NCBI GenBank assembly: GCA_977018835.1
Contig: OZ361256.1
Coordinates: 1,240,001-1,304,000 of the forward strand
Source of the DNA: Minutocellus sp. GHC0000111
Taxonomy: Eukaryota
DNA length: 64,000 nt
Direction of reading: 5' to 3'
Part shown: in pieces, positions 13,538-26,323 of the stretch
Layout of the letters: each line of letters opens with the position of its first letter
Position numbering within the stretch: the stretch's first letter is position 1
The notes under the pieces: model-generated
Told to the model about the DNA's origin: nothing
Databases searched by the model: none
What the model saw: the letters and a program-made list of their open reading frames with translations, nothing else
Made by a program: the position numbers and the translations under genes

Positions 13538-13625
13538 CAAATGTATTTGGTGCATGTTGGGAGCCTCTGGAAAATCTATCTGTTTACGCATGTTCATAAA
13601 TCATAAAATGTAATCTTTTAAACTC

Positions 13626-14942
13626 TTATATGACGTTAGCTGGATTGTTCTCGTTGGTGAGCACTACCTTGCCGACAGTTTTGCCTGAACGCAGTGCTGT
13701 CAAGGCATTGACAGCGCCGCCATCAAATGAGAATGTAGATCCAATCAGGGGTGGTGTTACTCGGGCCATCATATCATCGAAGCTTTCTTTCTCGTCGTCC
13801 TTACCGCCAAGGCACTCGACACAAGCTTCCAACGATTGGACAAGCAGATCTGTCTCTTCTGTCAGAAATATCAGATTGAATCCTCCAACTAGAACGTTTC
13901 GGATTGTCAATTCCCCTGGGTCTACTCGAGGCCGCGTCAAGTACTTCCATATCAGCGAATACAAAGGCATTCGCTCTCCGCCGTCGCCATTGTATGTTGT
14001 TGATCCGTATGTTGAAAGTGATCCTCCCGAGTTGATGATATCTAAACTTGGTCGAAAGTACTTGCCACCATAACACTCCATAACCAAGTCTGCCCCATGT
14101 CCATTTTCTGCGGCCTCAAGGCAGGTACTGTGAGTATTATCGATGTCCCTTGCTTTTTTGCAAGCATCAATCAGATCGGCCTCAAATGTAGGGGCGCCAT
14201 TTGCTCTGACTATGCATTGCGCCAAAGGACAAATCGGTTTGATTCTAGAATAGAATGTTTCGATCTTGTCCTCAGATCCAACCACGCCAACCACCCGCGC
14301 TCCTCTTCTAGCTGCTATCTCGGAAGCCCACAAACCAACCCCGCCAGAGGCAGAATGAACCAATACAACATATGGCGTTCTTCGTTTCGATATTGCTTCG
14401 AGAGAGGGCATACCCCCGACATTCACCAACCCTTGCCATGCAGTGAGAGCATTGACAAGAAACGCCGCTCCTTGGCCAGGCGACCATGTCGGGGGCAGTC
14501 GTCGTATGTGCTCTGGGCGCGCATGAACAATGTCGGCATAAGATCCAAATCGAACAAAACCGAAGCAACTCTCTCCTTTCTTTATGGCAGCTGCTATTCC
14601 TTGTTCAGCATTACGTTCGACATCTTCCAACAAGGTACCAGCAAACTCGATGCCTGGTACAAACGCATCTAGGTTGCTTCCTCGCACAAGATTTGCCGCC
14701 TTGTAATATCCCAGCACCGTGAAGACATCAGCGAAGTTGAGGCCGACTGCCGAAGTAGCGAGTCTGACGGTCCCTTCGTTAACGCTTGTGGCAACAATTC
14801 CAGATTGGAGAGCGCACCAAATTTTGTTCCTGCTGGCACTGTCCATGCCGAGGGTGGGCGTTGTGAAGATTTGGCGTTGGTGCTCAGACCCTCGGCTAAG
14901 CGAACGAAAGAAGAGGACCAGCAACAAAGCAATGCGATGCAT
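13626..14942 (-). CDS. MDR-family NADPH quinone oxidoreductase / VAT-1-like
   Basis: AVGLNFADV..LGYY, FVPGIEFAG, FGSYA, VLVHSASGGVG, GKTVGKVVL; signal-like N-terminus from ATG 14942. Confidence 0.85.
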   Translation of the reverse strand: MHRIALLLVLFFRSLSRGSEHQRQIFTTPTLGMDSASRNKIWCALQSGIVATSVNEGTVRLATSAVGLNFADVFTVLGYYKAANLVRGSNLDAFVPGIEFAGTLLEDVERNAEQGIAAAIKKGESCFGFVRFGSYADIVHARPEHIRRLPPTWSPGQGAAFLVNALTAWQGLVNVGGMPSLEAISKRRTPYVVLVHSASGGVGLWASEIAARRGARVVGVVGSEDKIETFYSRIKPICPLAQCIVRANGAPTFEADLIDACKKARDIDNTHSTCLEAAENGHGADLVMECYGGKYFRPSLDIINSGGSLSTYGSTTYNGDGGERMPLYSLIWKYLTRPRVDPGELTIRNVLVGGFNLIFLTEETDLLVQSLEACVECLGGKDDEKESFDDMMARVTPPLIGSTFSFDGGAVNALTALRSGKTVGKVVLTNENNPANVI

Positions 14943-15207
14943 GCCAGGCAAGAGCTGGAACACGGCATGATATGGCTTAGGTCTCCCTCTCTCAATTCAA
15001 ATAAATGAGGTCAGTTTCATTTTGTCAGCCAGCGTTTGCGTCAGTTTGCAGGTGGTAATTCATCATCAGGCATAGCGTACTTTTTCTGGTGTGGTGATGA
15101 CTTTCAACTGGAGTGAGAATAGAATCTACAGTCCGATTCTGCGGTAGTTGCCTCTGCTAGCAGTTGAAGGTTTGTTCCTAATTTACCGTATCAAGGCATA
15201 GTCTACC

Positions 15208-17352
15208 TTATGAGCATGATGTTCTACTCTGCTCTTTCCACTCCGCAATCCATCTCGCAATGTGCTCGTCTTCAATGTCTCGAGCTGATTTTGCACAAGG
15301 AGGGTCGTCATCCGAAGAGAACATCAAATCCAAATGATGTCCACCAAGATCCAATGTCAGCGCTATGATGCTGCCGTCTGCAGTGACATTTTGAACCTCG
15401 GTGCCCGATCTGCTATTGGTTGTGCCGCCATGATGTCGTGCGGGATAATCACCTGGCTTGTATACACCAGCCGATGACCAAGGGTCCAGCAATCCATTTG
15501 ATAGCACAATGTTGCTACGGCTTCGTATTCGAACCCCCCCGTAGTAATCATCCAACCATGTTGCCCACGAGACGTATTTATCTCTAGGAGGAAAGCCAAA
15601 TATGCCGTCAGGATCGGCACAAATCTCACCGAGAGGGTCGGGATCAATAGAGAGTGTGTCCTTGAATGATTTTGTCCCGCGAGGATAATTTGGTGGCCAG
15701 TAAAAGTCCCTTCCCAAACCACGAGCGGCAGTTGTGATTTGGTTCATTTCTTCGTTGCAAACAAGAGAAGTCCACACAGTTTCATGATCAAGCATGTCCT
15801 GGCACTTTTCTGCGACAGTTTTTGGCTCCGGTTGGGGATCAGCATTTTCAACGTGTGCCCTTGAACCTACAGTAGTTCTTCGAAGTGCCTGCTTTTCAAT
15901 GACTGCTGAATCCAAAGACACCATCTGCTCATTTATGGCGGGTATGGCATCAAAGCACGTCTCTGCTTTTGATACATTGAACCAAACTGATACGGCAGTC
16001 ATGGTAGCATTTAGCAGTTTCAACGCAGCAGGGCTCGTGGGTCCCATACCATTCTGCTGAACCGTTATGGCATCCCAGTCAACGTCCAGGACAATCTTGT
16101 CCGTACTAGCGCCGTAGCCGATTGAGAATTGAACCTCGTCGTCACCCCGATCAATTTGGGTGCCCAAATCAGTATCTAAGCCACCAACATGACACGCATA
16201 TTGAAGCGGCCAGGCTGGAAGTTTCACGTTGCCCATGTTGAGCGAAAATGGGATGTATGACGAGGGATACGGAAAATCTCCTTCCGCCATGTCAAAGAAT
16301 GGTGATTGGGCCCAATTTAGCAGAGCCGTAACATCTTGTTCATCCTTGACCGGATTGCAAAGTCGAAAGATTTCCTTGAGAATATCCCTTCCCATCTCCG
16401 ACCTTCCGTAATACGAAATAAGGGGCCACGTCGCCAATAAATTATTAAAGCAGTACGAATGCGCAGAAGGTGACTCATCTTCATTACCAGTGCTCGTCTC
16501 GTTTGGTGGATAAGGAAGCCGCACTGCCTTGGCAATGACCTCCGCTGCACCACTGATCCCAGCACTCTGATAGACAGCCGTTCCATCCCGTCCTTCCTGA
16601 GTCAATGGTAGACCCCAGATTGGTGCACTGGCCGCAATGGCTCCCGCCACGCTCGAGGGATAAAGCATCCTCATCCAAGCCGAAAGCATCCCACCGTAGC
16701 TACCACCAAATAGAATCACTGGTCGTTTGTGGGTTGGGTCGAGGAACGATATCAATTTGGCATAGTCGGCCAATGCCTGACTGGATGTTAGATGGGTGAA
16801 GCATCCGTCATATCTGAGCCGCTCTGGGTCGTTCCACATTGATAGATCTGGTACACTCTCGCCCTGATAACGATGCTCGGCAAACACAACGAGGGCGTCG
16901 TGTTTCGGTGCCAGCTCCCACATCAACCCTGTCTGGTTGACGTACTGTTCGACGGGCGATTCGTTTCCGGTGTAGAAAAAGATTGGTCCCTCCGTGCTGC
17001 TGTCTTTTGCGTATCCGTCGAACACGCAATACCGCTCCTCGAACGTTTCACCACTGCCGCTATTGCTTCCATAATTTTTCCTCCGTCTGCTTCCAGCAGG
17101 CGCCGAGAAGTGATCGAGGGGCTGAGTCAGGAAGTGGCACGTTACGTTGTCCATACTCATTCTTCCCGCGGCTACAGGTACCGAGCGCTTCTGCCGGCTG
17201 GGAGCAATTCGCCTTGGATTCCTGAAGGCAGCTTGCCTCCAAGACGATCCCTCGGGGACATTTGCGTGCAAAAGCTGATCATGTTGTGCAGGGGCCGTTG
17301 GGGCTGTTGCTAGAAGGAGAAGCGCGGTGAAGCGACGGCGGTGGGATGCCAT
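15208..17352 (-). CDS. Serine peptidase S28 (prolylcarboxypeptidase/DPP7-like), secreted or lysosomal
   Basis: QPLDHF, PIFFYTGNE, VFAEHRYQGES, LTSSQALADY, FGGSYGGML (nucleophile), AIAASAP, NGLLDPW, GHHLDL. Confidence 0.93.
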   Translation of the reverse strand: MASHRRRFTALLLLATAPTAPAQHDQLLHANVPEGSSWRQAAFRNPRRIAPSRQKRSVPVAAGRMSMDNVTCHFLTQPLDHFSAPAGSRRRKNYGSNSGSGETFEERYCVFDGYAKDSSTEGPIFFYTGNESPVEQYVNQTGLMWELAPKHDALVVFAEHRYQGESVPDLSMWNDPERLRYDGCFTHLTSSQALADYAKLISFLDPTHKRPVILFGGSYGGMLSAWMRMLYPSSVAGAIAASAPIWGLPLTQEGRDGTAVYQSAGISGAAEVIAKAVRLPYPPNETSTGNEDESPSAHSYCFNNLLATWPLISYYGRSEMGRDILKEIFRLCNPVKDEQDVTALLNWAQSPFFDMAEGDFPYPSSYIPFSLNMGNVKLPAWPLQYACHVGGLDTDLGTQIDRGDDEVQFSIGYGASTDKIVLDVDWDAITVQQNGMGPTSPAALKLLNATMTAVSVWFNVSKAETCFDAIPAINEQMVSLDSAVIEKQALRRTTVGSRAHVENADPQPEPKTVAEKCQDMLDHETVWTSLVCNEEMNQITTAARGLGRDFYWPPNYPRGTKSFKDTLSIDPDPLGEICADPDGIFGFPPRDKYVSWATWLDDYYGGVRIRSRSNIVLSNGLLDPWSSAGVYKPGDYPARHHGGTTNSRSGTEVQNVTADGSIIALTLDLGGHHLDLMFSSDDDPPCAKSARDIEDEHIARWIAEWKEQSRTSCS

Positions 17353-17663
17353 CTTGGTCGAAGAATGAGCTACGAGTAAGCTGAAGCTGCTCCCGACCGA
17401 CCCCGACCGGCCGACGCGACGCGACGGCTGAAAACATGCTTAGGTGCCTGTACTTTACAACAATTTAGCCAATTTATTTTCCGCCCCATGATCGTGATCG
17501 CGGTCGAGGAATACTACGTAGTAGCGACATTGACTTGACTGATTGGCCACCGGCGTAGACCCTTGATACACCATCCCGCTGAGTTGGAGTTAGAATTCAG
17601 TTCGTCTTTGTCGTGGCTTGCTGGTCATCGTGCTCTAGATACATATAGAACTCACGTACAAAG

Positions 17664-20600
17664 ATGCAAAACGGCGCGTCCTCAGCGACGACGGCTGGTC
17701 CTCTCATCACTTGGATTGATACTGGTGCTGGGAGCAGAAGCAATGGCCATGCCCCGAGCAATTATGCCTTGACTGATGATGACGACAAGTATAAGAAATC
17801 GAGGACAAGGCCAAGTGCCTCTATCAGCAAAAAGAAAAAGAAGTCGCGTAGCACCACCAGCGGCAGCGGCGGATTGTTTGGCAGCATAACGTCGTCTTCC
17901 CTGGTGGCCAAGCTGTCTCTGGGGATGATATTATGGTCGATTATCAACATATTTCTGACGGGATTCTTGGTGGAAAACTTGTCCGAAAAGGACATGAACG
18001 AGCTGCGGTCGGAGATGGACTCTCTCGTCGATGCTGGTAAGGCACAGATGAATGCCCTGGCAGAAAAGGAGACCAAGGTCGTCGGACGGGTGAAGCAATA
18101 CGTGGGAAAGGCGGCCGACCTTGCCGAGTCGCATTTACGGGGATTGCGTACTCTTGGGATTGTGCCACCTGGTCATAATGACGGTGGTGGTGGAGAAGTG
18201 CAATCTTCTATTTCTAATATGTCTGGTAGCGAAGGAAAAGATGCCAATGGGGGGCCTGGGAAGAAGTCGCGACATCATCATCATGCATTGCGAGCTGCCG
18301 ACAAGGGAGAACGGCACGGCAGTAAGGACAACAATGAAGCAGATGGCCGCCGTGCGCAAAATGTTGATTCAGGCTTGGGTATTTCGCTTGCATTGACACC
18401 TCCTGCACGGCGTTTCCCGCGATATGGAACGCCGCAATTTAAGGAACGTTGTCCGTGGACGGAAATGGTCCCTCCGCTCCTGTCAAAGAATAAGATCGCC
18501 GATAATTGCGTTTTTCTTGTTCGACCTGCTCCCAAGGATGGTGAGGGCTTGGCGGCATGGGCTGCCAAAATTCCCACCGAGTATATGATGACGAGACAGA
18601 CAGGATGCAAGTTGAAACTTTCCTATGGGCCAGGAGTTGCCGTAGATGACGTTTGGTCAACACATTCGGATGCTACCAATGATGGCGGTGATGCCATGCC
18701 GCCAGATTGGACCCTTACCCCGTCAGAAGAGGAAGCACTCGGTTATTGCAGGACAAAAGATCACTGTTTCAACCAGGCACCAAAGACCGAGGCGCACGTT
18801 GATAGCATTGAGAGAGCATTACATACTGGTTCGGACACCCTTGCCAGGGCCCCTCTTTATCGGTATGCGGCGCACGGTCCAAGTGCTGGACATGAACTGT
18901 ACCGGGAAGACTACGAGGCGCTCACGAAAACTTTGCCTGGTCTGAAACTTGAGGACGCGGCAGCATGTGCCTTCGGTCACTCTCTCCAATTATCACCCAA
19001 AGCGGAACAGTATGAGCCGGACTTGTACAAAACGATTCTTCCCACCCTCTACCGCGAAAAGTCTCTTGTAATGGCAATTTACACCCGAAGTCTGAACAGT
19101 GATAAGATGGCCGACCAAGCTGCTCGTGGAGAGAAGGTAGACGAGAGCGGCAATCTTGCCTATGTGAAGCCTTCTAAGAAATTGATGGCATGCGCGCATA
19201 AAATCGAGCAGAAATTTCTCTCGGGCGAGAAGACTTTGGCGGATGGCAACGGCGGCATTGTGGAATTCGATACTATCGTGTGGCTGGTTATCACTGATTC
19301 AAAGGCCACCAAAACCTACATGTCGACAGAATACGGCGAGAAGGAAGTCTATCTGAAAACCAGTAATGCAAAAAACGTTATGCGCAAAGTGATTGTAACC
19401 AACGCCAGAGGGGCACATACGCGAAGACGCCGAGATCCGAGTACAGCTGACTTTGCTGAGGCTTTAATGTGAGTTCTATTTTTATAACTCTGTTTTCGTG
19501 CCATCTATTTTTCAGGTCTTCGTGAGAAGAAAATGCATTGTACGCCATTGCTTGGCTTCTTTTGCCTTATTTTCTCGTCAACTGCTTTGCATGTGTTGTT
19601 TTCTCTCATAACTTCCTTCCTTCCTTCCTTCCTTCATATAGAGATTGGCACTTGATGGGAGAGAGTGATCTAATTGTGGGCACAAAGGGATTTAGTTTCC
19701 AAACCAGTGCTGCCGTTCGAACCGCGACGCCCTATTACGAAGACGACATCTGCGAGGAAGTGCCTTTAATATATGAGCGAGGAGCAACTTCTGGTAAACC
19801 TGCTAACGAGGAAGAGGGCGGTACGAGTAGCAATAAGAGAATTCCACCTGCTCCACTTGCAGCGGTGGCATCGTCGAAATATGTCGCAACCGACCGCTGG
19901 GATCCTAGTACCCGTGCGTACGAGAGTCAATGTAGCTGGGCCGACTCTCATGACAACGATCAGCATCCATGCACCATTCTCGTCCGACCCAATCCGCAAG
20001 AACATGAAGGCCTTGGTATGTGGGTTAGTACAGTTAGTGCTGGATATATTATTGCGAGGCAAAGGGGTTGTAGATTCAAGCTTTCCTACGGAGAGATCGA
20101 TCTGAAGGACATTGTCCGACCAAATCCATTCATCGGTGGAGATCATGCGGATCACTGGAAAGTTCCGCCCGATTACCAATGTAACATTGAAGACAGGTGC
20201 TACGAGATCAAAAGCAGCAGTAGCCGAGGAAGATTTTCCTTTCGCTGAAGTCCCAGTATACCGACATGCCTTTACTGCATCAGGCGATAAAATATATCGC
20301 GATCACTTCAAGCCCTTGACGGATGTCATGCCCGGATTGAACCTCGAGACGGCCTTTGCTTGTTCCCTTTCGAAGCTGTTCTACCTCTCTCCTCGTATCA
20401 AGAAGTTCGAGGGAAAACTCCAATCCGATATCTTTCCGGCCCTCAGAGATAAAAACAATCTAGTGGTAACAGTATACTACCGGACTGGTCATGCCGATGC
20501 TAAGCCGGGTGAGGAATCGTCAGAAAAAGATATCGATGGCATGGAAGCCGACTTGGAGAAGTCCATCCGTTGTGCCAAGACTGTGGAGAAGAACTACATC

Positions 20601-22263
20601 GACGGCACCTTTGCATTGGATCGTAGCTTCACTGGCATTGTTTGGAATGTGATTAGCGACTCGCCCTTCGTCCGGGAAGACATTGAATCAAAGTTTGGTG
20701 GGGAGGAAATATCTTCAAGCAAAGATCAGACGTTTACTAGACGTGTAATATCGACGACCTCTCGCGGGGCTCATACCAAGACGCAGGCGAATCCAACTGT
20801 AGAAGACTTTGCAGAAGGGTTTTTGGACTGGTATTTGATAGGAGAGAGTGATGCCGTTGTGAGTCACAAGGGTTGGAGCTATGGAATGACGGGGGCTTTG
20901 AGAACTGCCCGTCCGGTATTCCGCCCGTACCAGAATTGCAATACACCGGCGGTGTTGGTGCATGAAGGCGATGGGATAGGAGAGCAAAAGGCCCTTGTTG
21001 GCGGGAAAGTGAATCTCAAGAACCTGCAGGGAAATGCAAATGTAGCTGTTATCAAGAAGGAATTACCTCCTCCTCCACTCGATCCAAGTAGTACCGGTAG
21101 TCGGCAGGAGCAGCCAAAATATGTCTCCACAGACCGCTTTCCAGATCCCAATAGTGACGAATTCAATAAGGAATGCAGCTGGGTCAGCTCTGCAGGAAAT
21201 CTTGAACGCCAATGCACTATTTTGGTTCGTCCGTATCCCGTCGAGCATGAAGGCATTGGCATGTGGGTTTGTCTTGCGAGCGCAGGATACATACTAGCAA
21301 AACAAAAAGGATGCAGATTCAAGCTTTCTTACGGAGAAATCGATTTGAACGACATCGTCACACCAAATCCACTTATCAGCGCAGAACACATCGATGAGTG
21401 GAGAGTCCCATCTGATTATCAATGCAACATTGAAGACAAGTGCTATGAGATCAAAAGTAAGAAAACAGGGGGAGCAGAAATTCAAAGAATTGTTGCTGTG
21501 CCCCAGGAAGATTTTCCCTTTGCGAGTGTTCCCTTTTATCGACACTCCTTCAAAAAGTCTAACCAGTACATATATCGCGATCATTTCAAGCCCTTGTCGG
21601 ATGTGATGCCCGGATTGAACCTCGAGACTGCCTTTGCGTGTTCCCTTTCGAAGCTGTTCTACCTTTCCCCTCGAATCAAGAAGTTCGAGGAAAAACTCCA
21701 ATCCGACATCTTCCCAGCACTCCAGGATACTAACAACCTGGTAGTCACAGTATATTACCGTACTGGTCGCGCCGATGCCAAGCCAGGTGAGGAATCGTCG
21801 GCGAAAGACATTGCAGGCATGGAAGTTGACTTGGAGAAGTCCATCCAGTGCGCCAAGACAGTTGAGAAAAACTACATCGACGGCACCTTTGCATTGGATC
21901 GTAGTTTTACTGGCATTGTTTGGAATGTGATTAGTGATTCACCATATGTTCGAAGGGACATCGAGTCGAAATTTGGTGGGGAGAAATTGACATCAAGCAA
22001 AGGTCAGACCTACGCTAGACGAGTGATAACAACGACCTCTCGCGGGGCTCATACCAAGACGCAAGCGAATCCGTCAGTGGAAGACTTGGCAGAAGGATTT
22101 CTGGACTGACATTTGATAGGGGAGAGCGATGCCGTTGTGATTCACAAGGCGTGGAGCTATGGCGTGACGGGAGCACTGAGAACTGCCCGACCAATTTATC
22201 GACCGGATGATGGATGTCACATGCCGGCGGTGTTGGTACATGAAGGCAACGGGGAGCAATAGC
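17664..22263 (+). pseudogene. Type II membrane protein with three tandem fucosyltransferase-like (GT-B; GT23/GT37/NodZ-like) domains; intron 19469-19641, frameshift ~20220, nonsense codon 22107-22109
   Basis: N-terminal TM. Each unit has (I/V)Y(T/Y)R, WxVI(T/S)DS, RGAHT...D(F/L)AE..DW(H/Y)L.GESD...S(F/Y), resembling fucosyltransferase motifs I-III. Unit 2 lacks 35 nt relative to unit 3; unit 3 has TGA in place of the TGG of DW. Confidence 0.65.
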
Positions 22264-22437
22264 AACCACTACGTAGCTAGATAGTACTGATATTATCAAT
22301 AATGCGCCACAGTGCACTTAAAAAGCCCGCGCTCAGTAGACGATACAACTCCAACCTTTAGAATAATGATATAGGTTGTAACGGCCAGCGATCAAAAGTA
22401 ACCTGTCGCCCATCCATCCATCTATCCATCCACTTGC

Positions 22438-22842
22438 TTATGCATATTGCTGAATGAAGAAGGTCATCAAGGCCGCTCCGACCAAATTTTGCACCCAGGT
22501 CGGTACCAGCAATGCCGCCTGCAGCAACACCCCATAGCCAAACATAATCATGATGAGAATGGTTTTGAATCCACCATAATGAGGCCAGAGAGCCGCATGG
22601 AACGACACCGACGCCAGGAGGATGAGAAGGATGACAGCGTGCGTGACCTGCCGGTAGTTCTCGTAGTTGACCCGTCGTTTCCTCGTCTTTCCTTCGTATA
22701 GCTCGACGTACGATTTGATAATGAGCATGGCAATCGATGCTCCCAGCCCGACCTTGAACCACTCGTGCGACACGTCCGGACTGCGCAGGACGGCATGATA
22801 GACGCCAAACTCGTGCAGGCCCCAGGTTGTTGTAGATAGCAT
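22438..22842 (-). CDS. Small multi-pass membrane protein (TMEM128-like), possibly 5'-truncated
   Basis: Three to four hydrophobic helices, YVELY..NYENY..ALWP.YG pattern; coding-like composition ends abruptly at ~22830. Confidence 0.5.
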   Translation of the reverse strand: MLSTTTWGLHEFGVYHAVLRSPDVSHEWFKVGLGASIAMLIIKSYVELYEGKTRKRRVNYENYRQVTHAVILLILLASVSFHAALWPHYGGFKTILIMIMFGYGVLLQAALLVPTWVQNLVGAALMTFFIQQYA

Positions 22843-23372
22843 TATGTAGTTACTTCTTTCGTAAGCCTGATAATTCTTATAGAGTCAGAGGGTTTATTAC
22901 GCCAATTGATTTGTATTTAATCATTTTTCATGACAAAAGTACTACCTAGGTACATGTATCTATGAGAGTCTACATCGCCTGTTGTTGGTCACATGCAGGC
23001 CACACGATGATCAAAACGCAACCTGAACGCTTCCTGGTGAATAATACTAGTACTGACGAACTAACTACGTAGCTAGTAGATCTTCAAACTTGACCTTTGA
23101 AGCTTTTTCACCGAGTCAGCAAGAGAGTCACGCCTGCATTGAGGGAGAAGGGAGAGAAGCACTCCATCTCAAAACTGTTAAAATCATACAGCCAACGTTA
23201 TCAAAATCATAAAAATGCACTAGCGGACCGCCGTATATACAAATGAGATGAGTCAGGGTTGTGTCTATGCTATGTTCAAACTACAGTGTTAGCCATCTAC
23301 ATGTATATATTTCTCGAGATTATATGAACCAAGAGCGGAAAGCATGTTTGTATTCATTCCCTTTTTCTCCCT

Positions 23373-24953
23373 CTAGTGAGCGCTCATGCCAACGGCACCC
23401 TTGAATGCCTCGTCCAATACCTCGCAGAGGGTCGGGTGGGTGTGGACCATCATACTCAGCTCCTTCACGGTGGTACCGGCCGCAACGGCGTTGGCACACT
23501 CCTGGATAAGATCGGCGGCGTGAATACCAATGATGTGGACGGCAACGACCTTTCCGGTGTCCTTATTGTACAAAACCTTGGCAATACCGGCGCCCTCTCC
23601 CTCGGCCAGGGCCTTGGAGTTAGCCCGGAACGATCCCTGGGACTTGCCAAGGGTCCAGCCCTCCTTCTCGGCGCGTTCGATGCACTGCTCCTCGGTGGGT
23701 CCGACCATGGCAATCTCGGGATGGGTGAAGCAGGCGGCGGGGATGGCGTCATGGTTGACCTCGTGAGCGCGGCCGACGATGTTCTCGACGGCGCTGATGC
23801 CCTGGGCAGAGGCGGCGTGGGCAAGCATCATCTTTCCGTTGGCATCGCCGATGCAGTAGACGTTGGGGACGACCTCACCGTCCTCGGCCTTGGTGAGGAC
23901 CTGCATCTTCTCGTTGACGGCGACGAAGCCACGGTTGGTCTCGATGCCCATATCCTCGAGGCCCATGTTGGCGGTGTTGGGGACGCGGCCGGTGGCAACC
24001 ATGGCGGCGTCGACCTCGATGGTCTCGACGTGCTCCTTGGTCTCGGCGTCGATCATCTTGATGGTGACGGGCTTCTCGCCGGGGATGCCGGGAGTGACCT
24101 CGGCGGCGAAGACGCCTGTGCGGTAGTCGATGGGGCGGTCACGGATGAGGAGACCTCGGCCTGCTTGGCAATTTCGCGATCGAAGGTGGGCATGAGGTTG
24201 GGAAGGGCCTCGATGAAAGTGACCTCAGATCCGAGGGCGGTGTAAACGTCGGAGAATTCCAGACCGATGTATCCCGATCCGATGATGGCGACCCACTCGG
24301 GGACGAACTGCAGCTCAAGAGCACCGTCGGAGGTGTAGACGGTCTTCTCGTCGACGGTGACGCCAGGAGGGACGAAGGGGACGGACCCAGGAGCCAGAAT
24401 GATATCCTTGGCGGTGTAAACCTTACTAGTGGCCTCATCCTTGATCTCATGGGGGTTGCCGGTGAGGACGCCACGGCCCTCAATGACCTCGCAGCCCAAA
24501 CCAAGGAGGGAGTTTCCCAAGTTGCCCTTGATGTTGGCGGCCAGATTCTTGGCGTGATCGGCAATGCCCTGACGGTCGTACTCGATCTCACCGTTGACCT
24601 TGATGCCCATCGACTCGAGGTGGTGGTCGTTCTTCATGTCACGGACGCGGCCCGAGGCGGCAAGGAGGGCCTTGCTGGGGACGCAGCCACGGTTGACGCA
24701 GGTGCCTCCGACGTCACCGCCGGCAAAGACGGCAGTTGAGAGAGACTGGGCACGGGCGTGCAGAGCAGCTCCGTGTCCACCGACGCCACATCCAATAACG
24801 GCCACGTCGAAATCGTACGATCCATCCGACATCCGAAAGAGTCGACGAGGCACGGGCAGCAGTGCTGGTGGCAGCAGCATGGGGCCGAGATGGCACCGTG
24901 AAGGCAGCCGAGTTGGCCACGAAAAGAGCAGATACGATCAAAGTCAATCTCAT
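23373..24953 (-). pseudogene. lpdA: Plastid dihydrolipoamide dehydrogenase (E3) with two 1-nt frameshifts
   Basis: Bipartite peptide [74 protein letters not shown]. Extra T at ~24837 (CTT-T-CGG ATG) and a missing base at ~24154 (GAG-GT-CTC, expected CGT). Confidence 0.9.
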
Positions 24954-25421
24954 ATTTCGTCTATATTCTATGCGCAAAGGATGGTACGCGAAGGATATTG
25001 CTGGAACAATATCAAGATATGGCACGATATAAGCTGCCTTTCTCGCTACAAATGAATGAGAGCAACGGTATCGGTACGTACCAGCAGCGACCGCCATTTT
25101 CGTCGGCCGCCCACGCGAGAGCGCGAGCGCGACGTCATTCGTCAGTGGACTATTGCGGTCGAGCGGGTCGTGAAAATAACGGACCTCCTCATCTCGAGGA
25201 ACGACCGAGGCCCACACGGCAAAAGCACCGCACAAAAAGCGCCTCTGGTCGAAAAGCTCTCGCGCGGTTTTCAGTCTCAACTTGCTTCGTGTACTCTAGC
25301 TACGTAGTCTAGCTAGTATCGCTGCCAAGCTCAATCTCAGCCACAAACTCACAAATCAAACAGAAGCATCCAAGCAAAATCAATCACAAGAAAACTTAAA
25401 ATCAGCATAGATACATCAACC

Positions 25422-26102
25422 ATGATGATGTCCACTGCCTCCAACCCCATCCAGCAGCACCCTTCTTCCGCCTTCCATCATCAGCACCACCATTCCGCCG
25501 CCATCGATCGCATCATCGACTCTCCCATCGCCAAGCATGCCGAGCAGGATGCCATCCGCCAAACCCTGTGGCAACCCATAATCGATCTCGATGTGCACGC
25601 CGTCCTTGCCAATCTGCCCCTGCCCAAGGATGTGCGTCGACGCGACATTGCCGTTTCCACTGACATTAAACTGGAACGGACCAAGGACCAGGACGACGAG
25701 GAGAGGAGTCATTTCGCCAGCGAGATTGCCTACGCCATTAGCAGCGAGCTGCAAAAGGCTGGATACAGTGGAACGGCATCGGATGCCCGATACGAACTGA
25801 GCGTTGTTGTCACCACGGCCTCTGCTGGTTCTGCTCGTGGGAGAATCCTTGCGGCAGATTTGGGATACGGCCATACGAAGCTGGCGCTAGTTTATGCCCT
25901 CACTGAAACTGGATGTTGCAAGAATAAGACCGAGAAAGGTCAAATTCTCAAGGCAGGTCGAATCCGAAAGACGGATAGTCTTGGAGAGGGCTGGGACGAC
26001 CTTATTCGTCTCTTCGAGAAGGGCAATATCGGCAATAAAAAGCTGATGAACAACATTGTCCCCGATGCTGCTCGAGAAATATCCGAAACGATTGGACTTT
26101 AA
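25422..26102 (+). CDS. Hypothetical protein (DUF4410-like)
   Basis: 226-aa ORF with coding-like codon usage; VTTASAGSARGRILAADLGYGHTKL resembles the DUF4410 core. Confidence 0.55.
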   Translation: MMMSTASNPIQQHPSSAFHHQHHHSAAIDRIIDSPIAKHAEQDAIRQTLWQPIIDLDVHAVLANLPLPKDVRRRDIAVSTDIKLERTKDQDDEERSHFASEIAYAISSELQKAGYSGTASDARYELSVVVTTASAGSARGRILAADLGYGHTKLALVYALTETGCCKNKTEKGQILKAGRIRKTDSLGEGWDDLIRLFEKGNIGNKKLMNNIVPDAAREISETIGL

Positions 26103-26323
26103 TGTTACAATGTTGTAAGATCCCACGAAAGCGAAGCAGCTTCTTATTTATGTATACTACTACAGTACATGTAGAGCTATTGCGTATTTTCTAGTTACTA
26201 TTTGAGATGAATTCATGTGGTTCTACATATATAAATTTGGCACGTCAAAGTGGAGTCCTGCAGTCACATTTAGAGAAATATAGGCGCATATATACTAGTA
26301 CCGCAATCAATGTTGCATAGGTC

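Noticed and set aside
22107..22109. TGA in GT unit 3 as selenocysteine
   Set aside because: It aligns with Trp (TGG) in units 1 and 2, not Cys; a single G>A nonsense change explains it.
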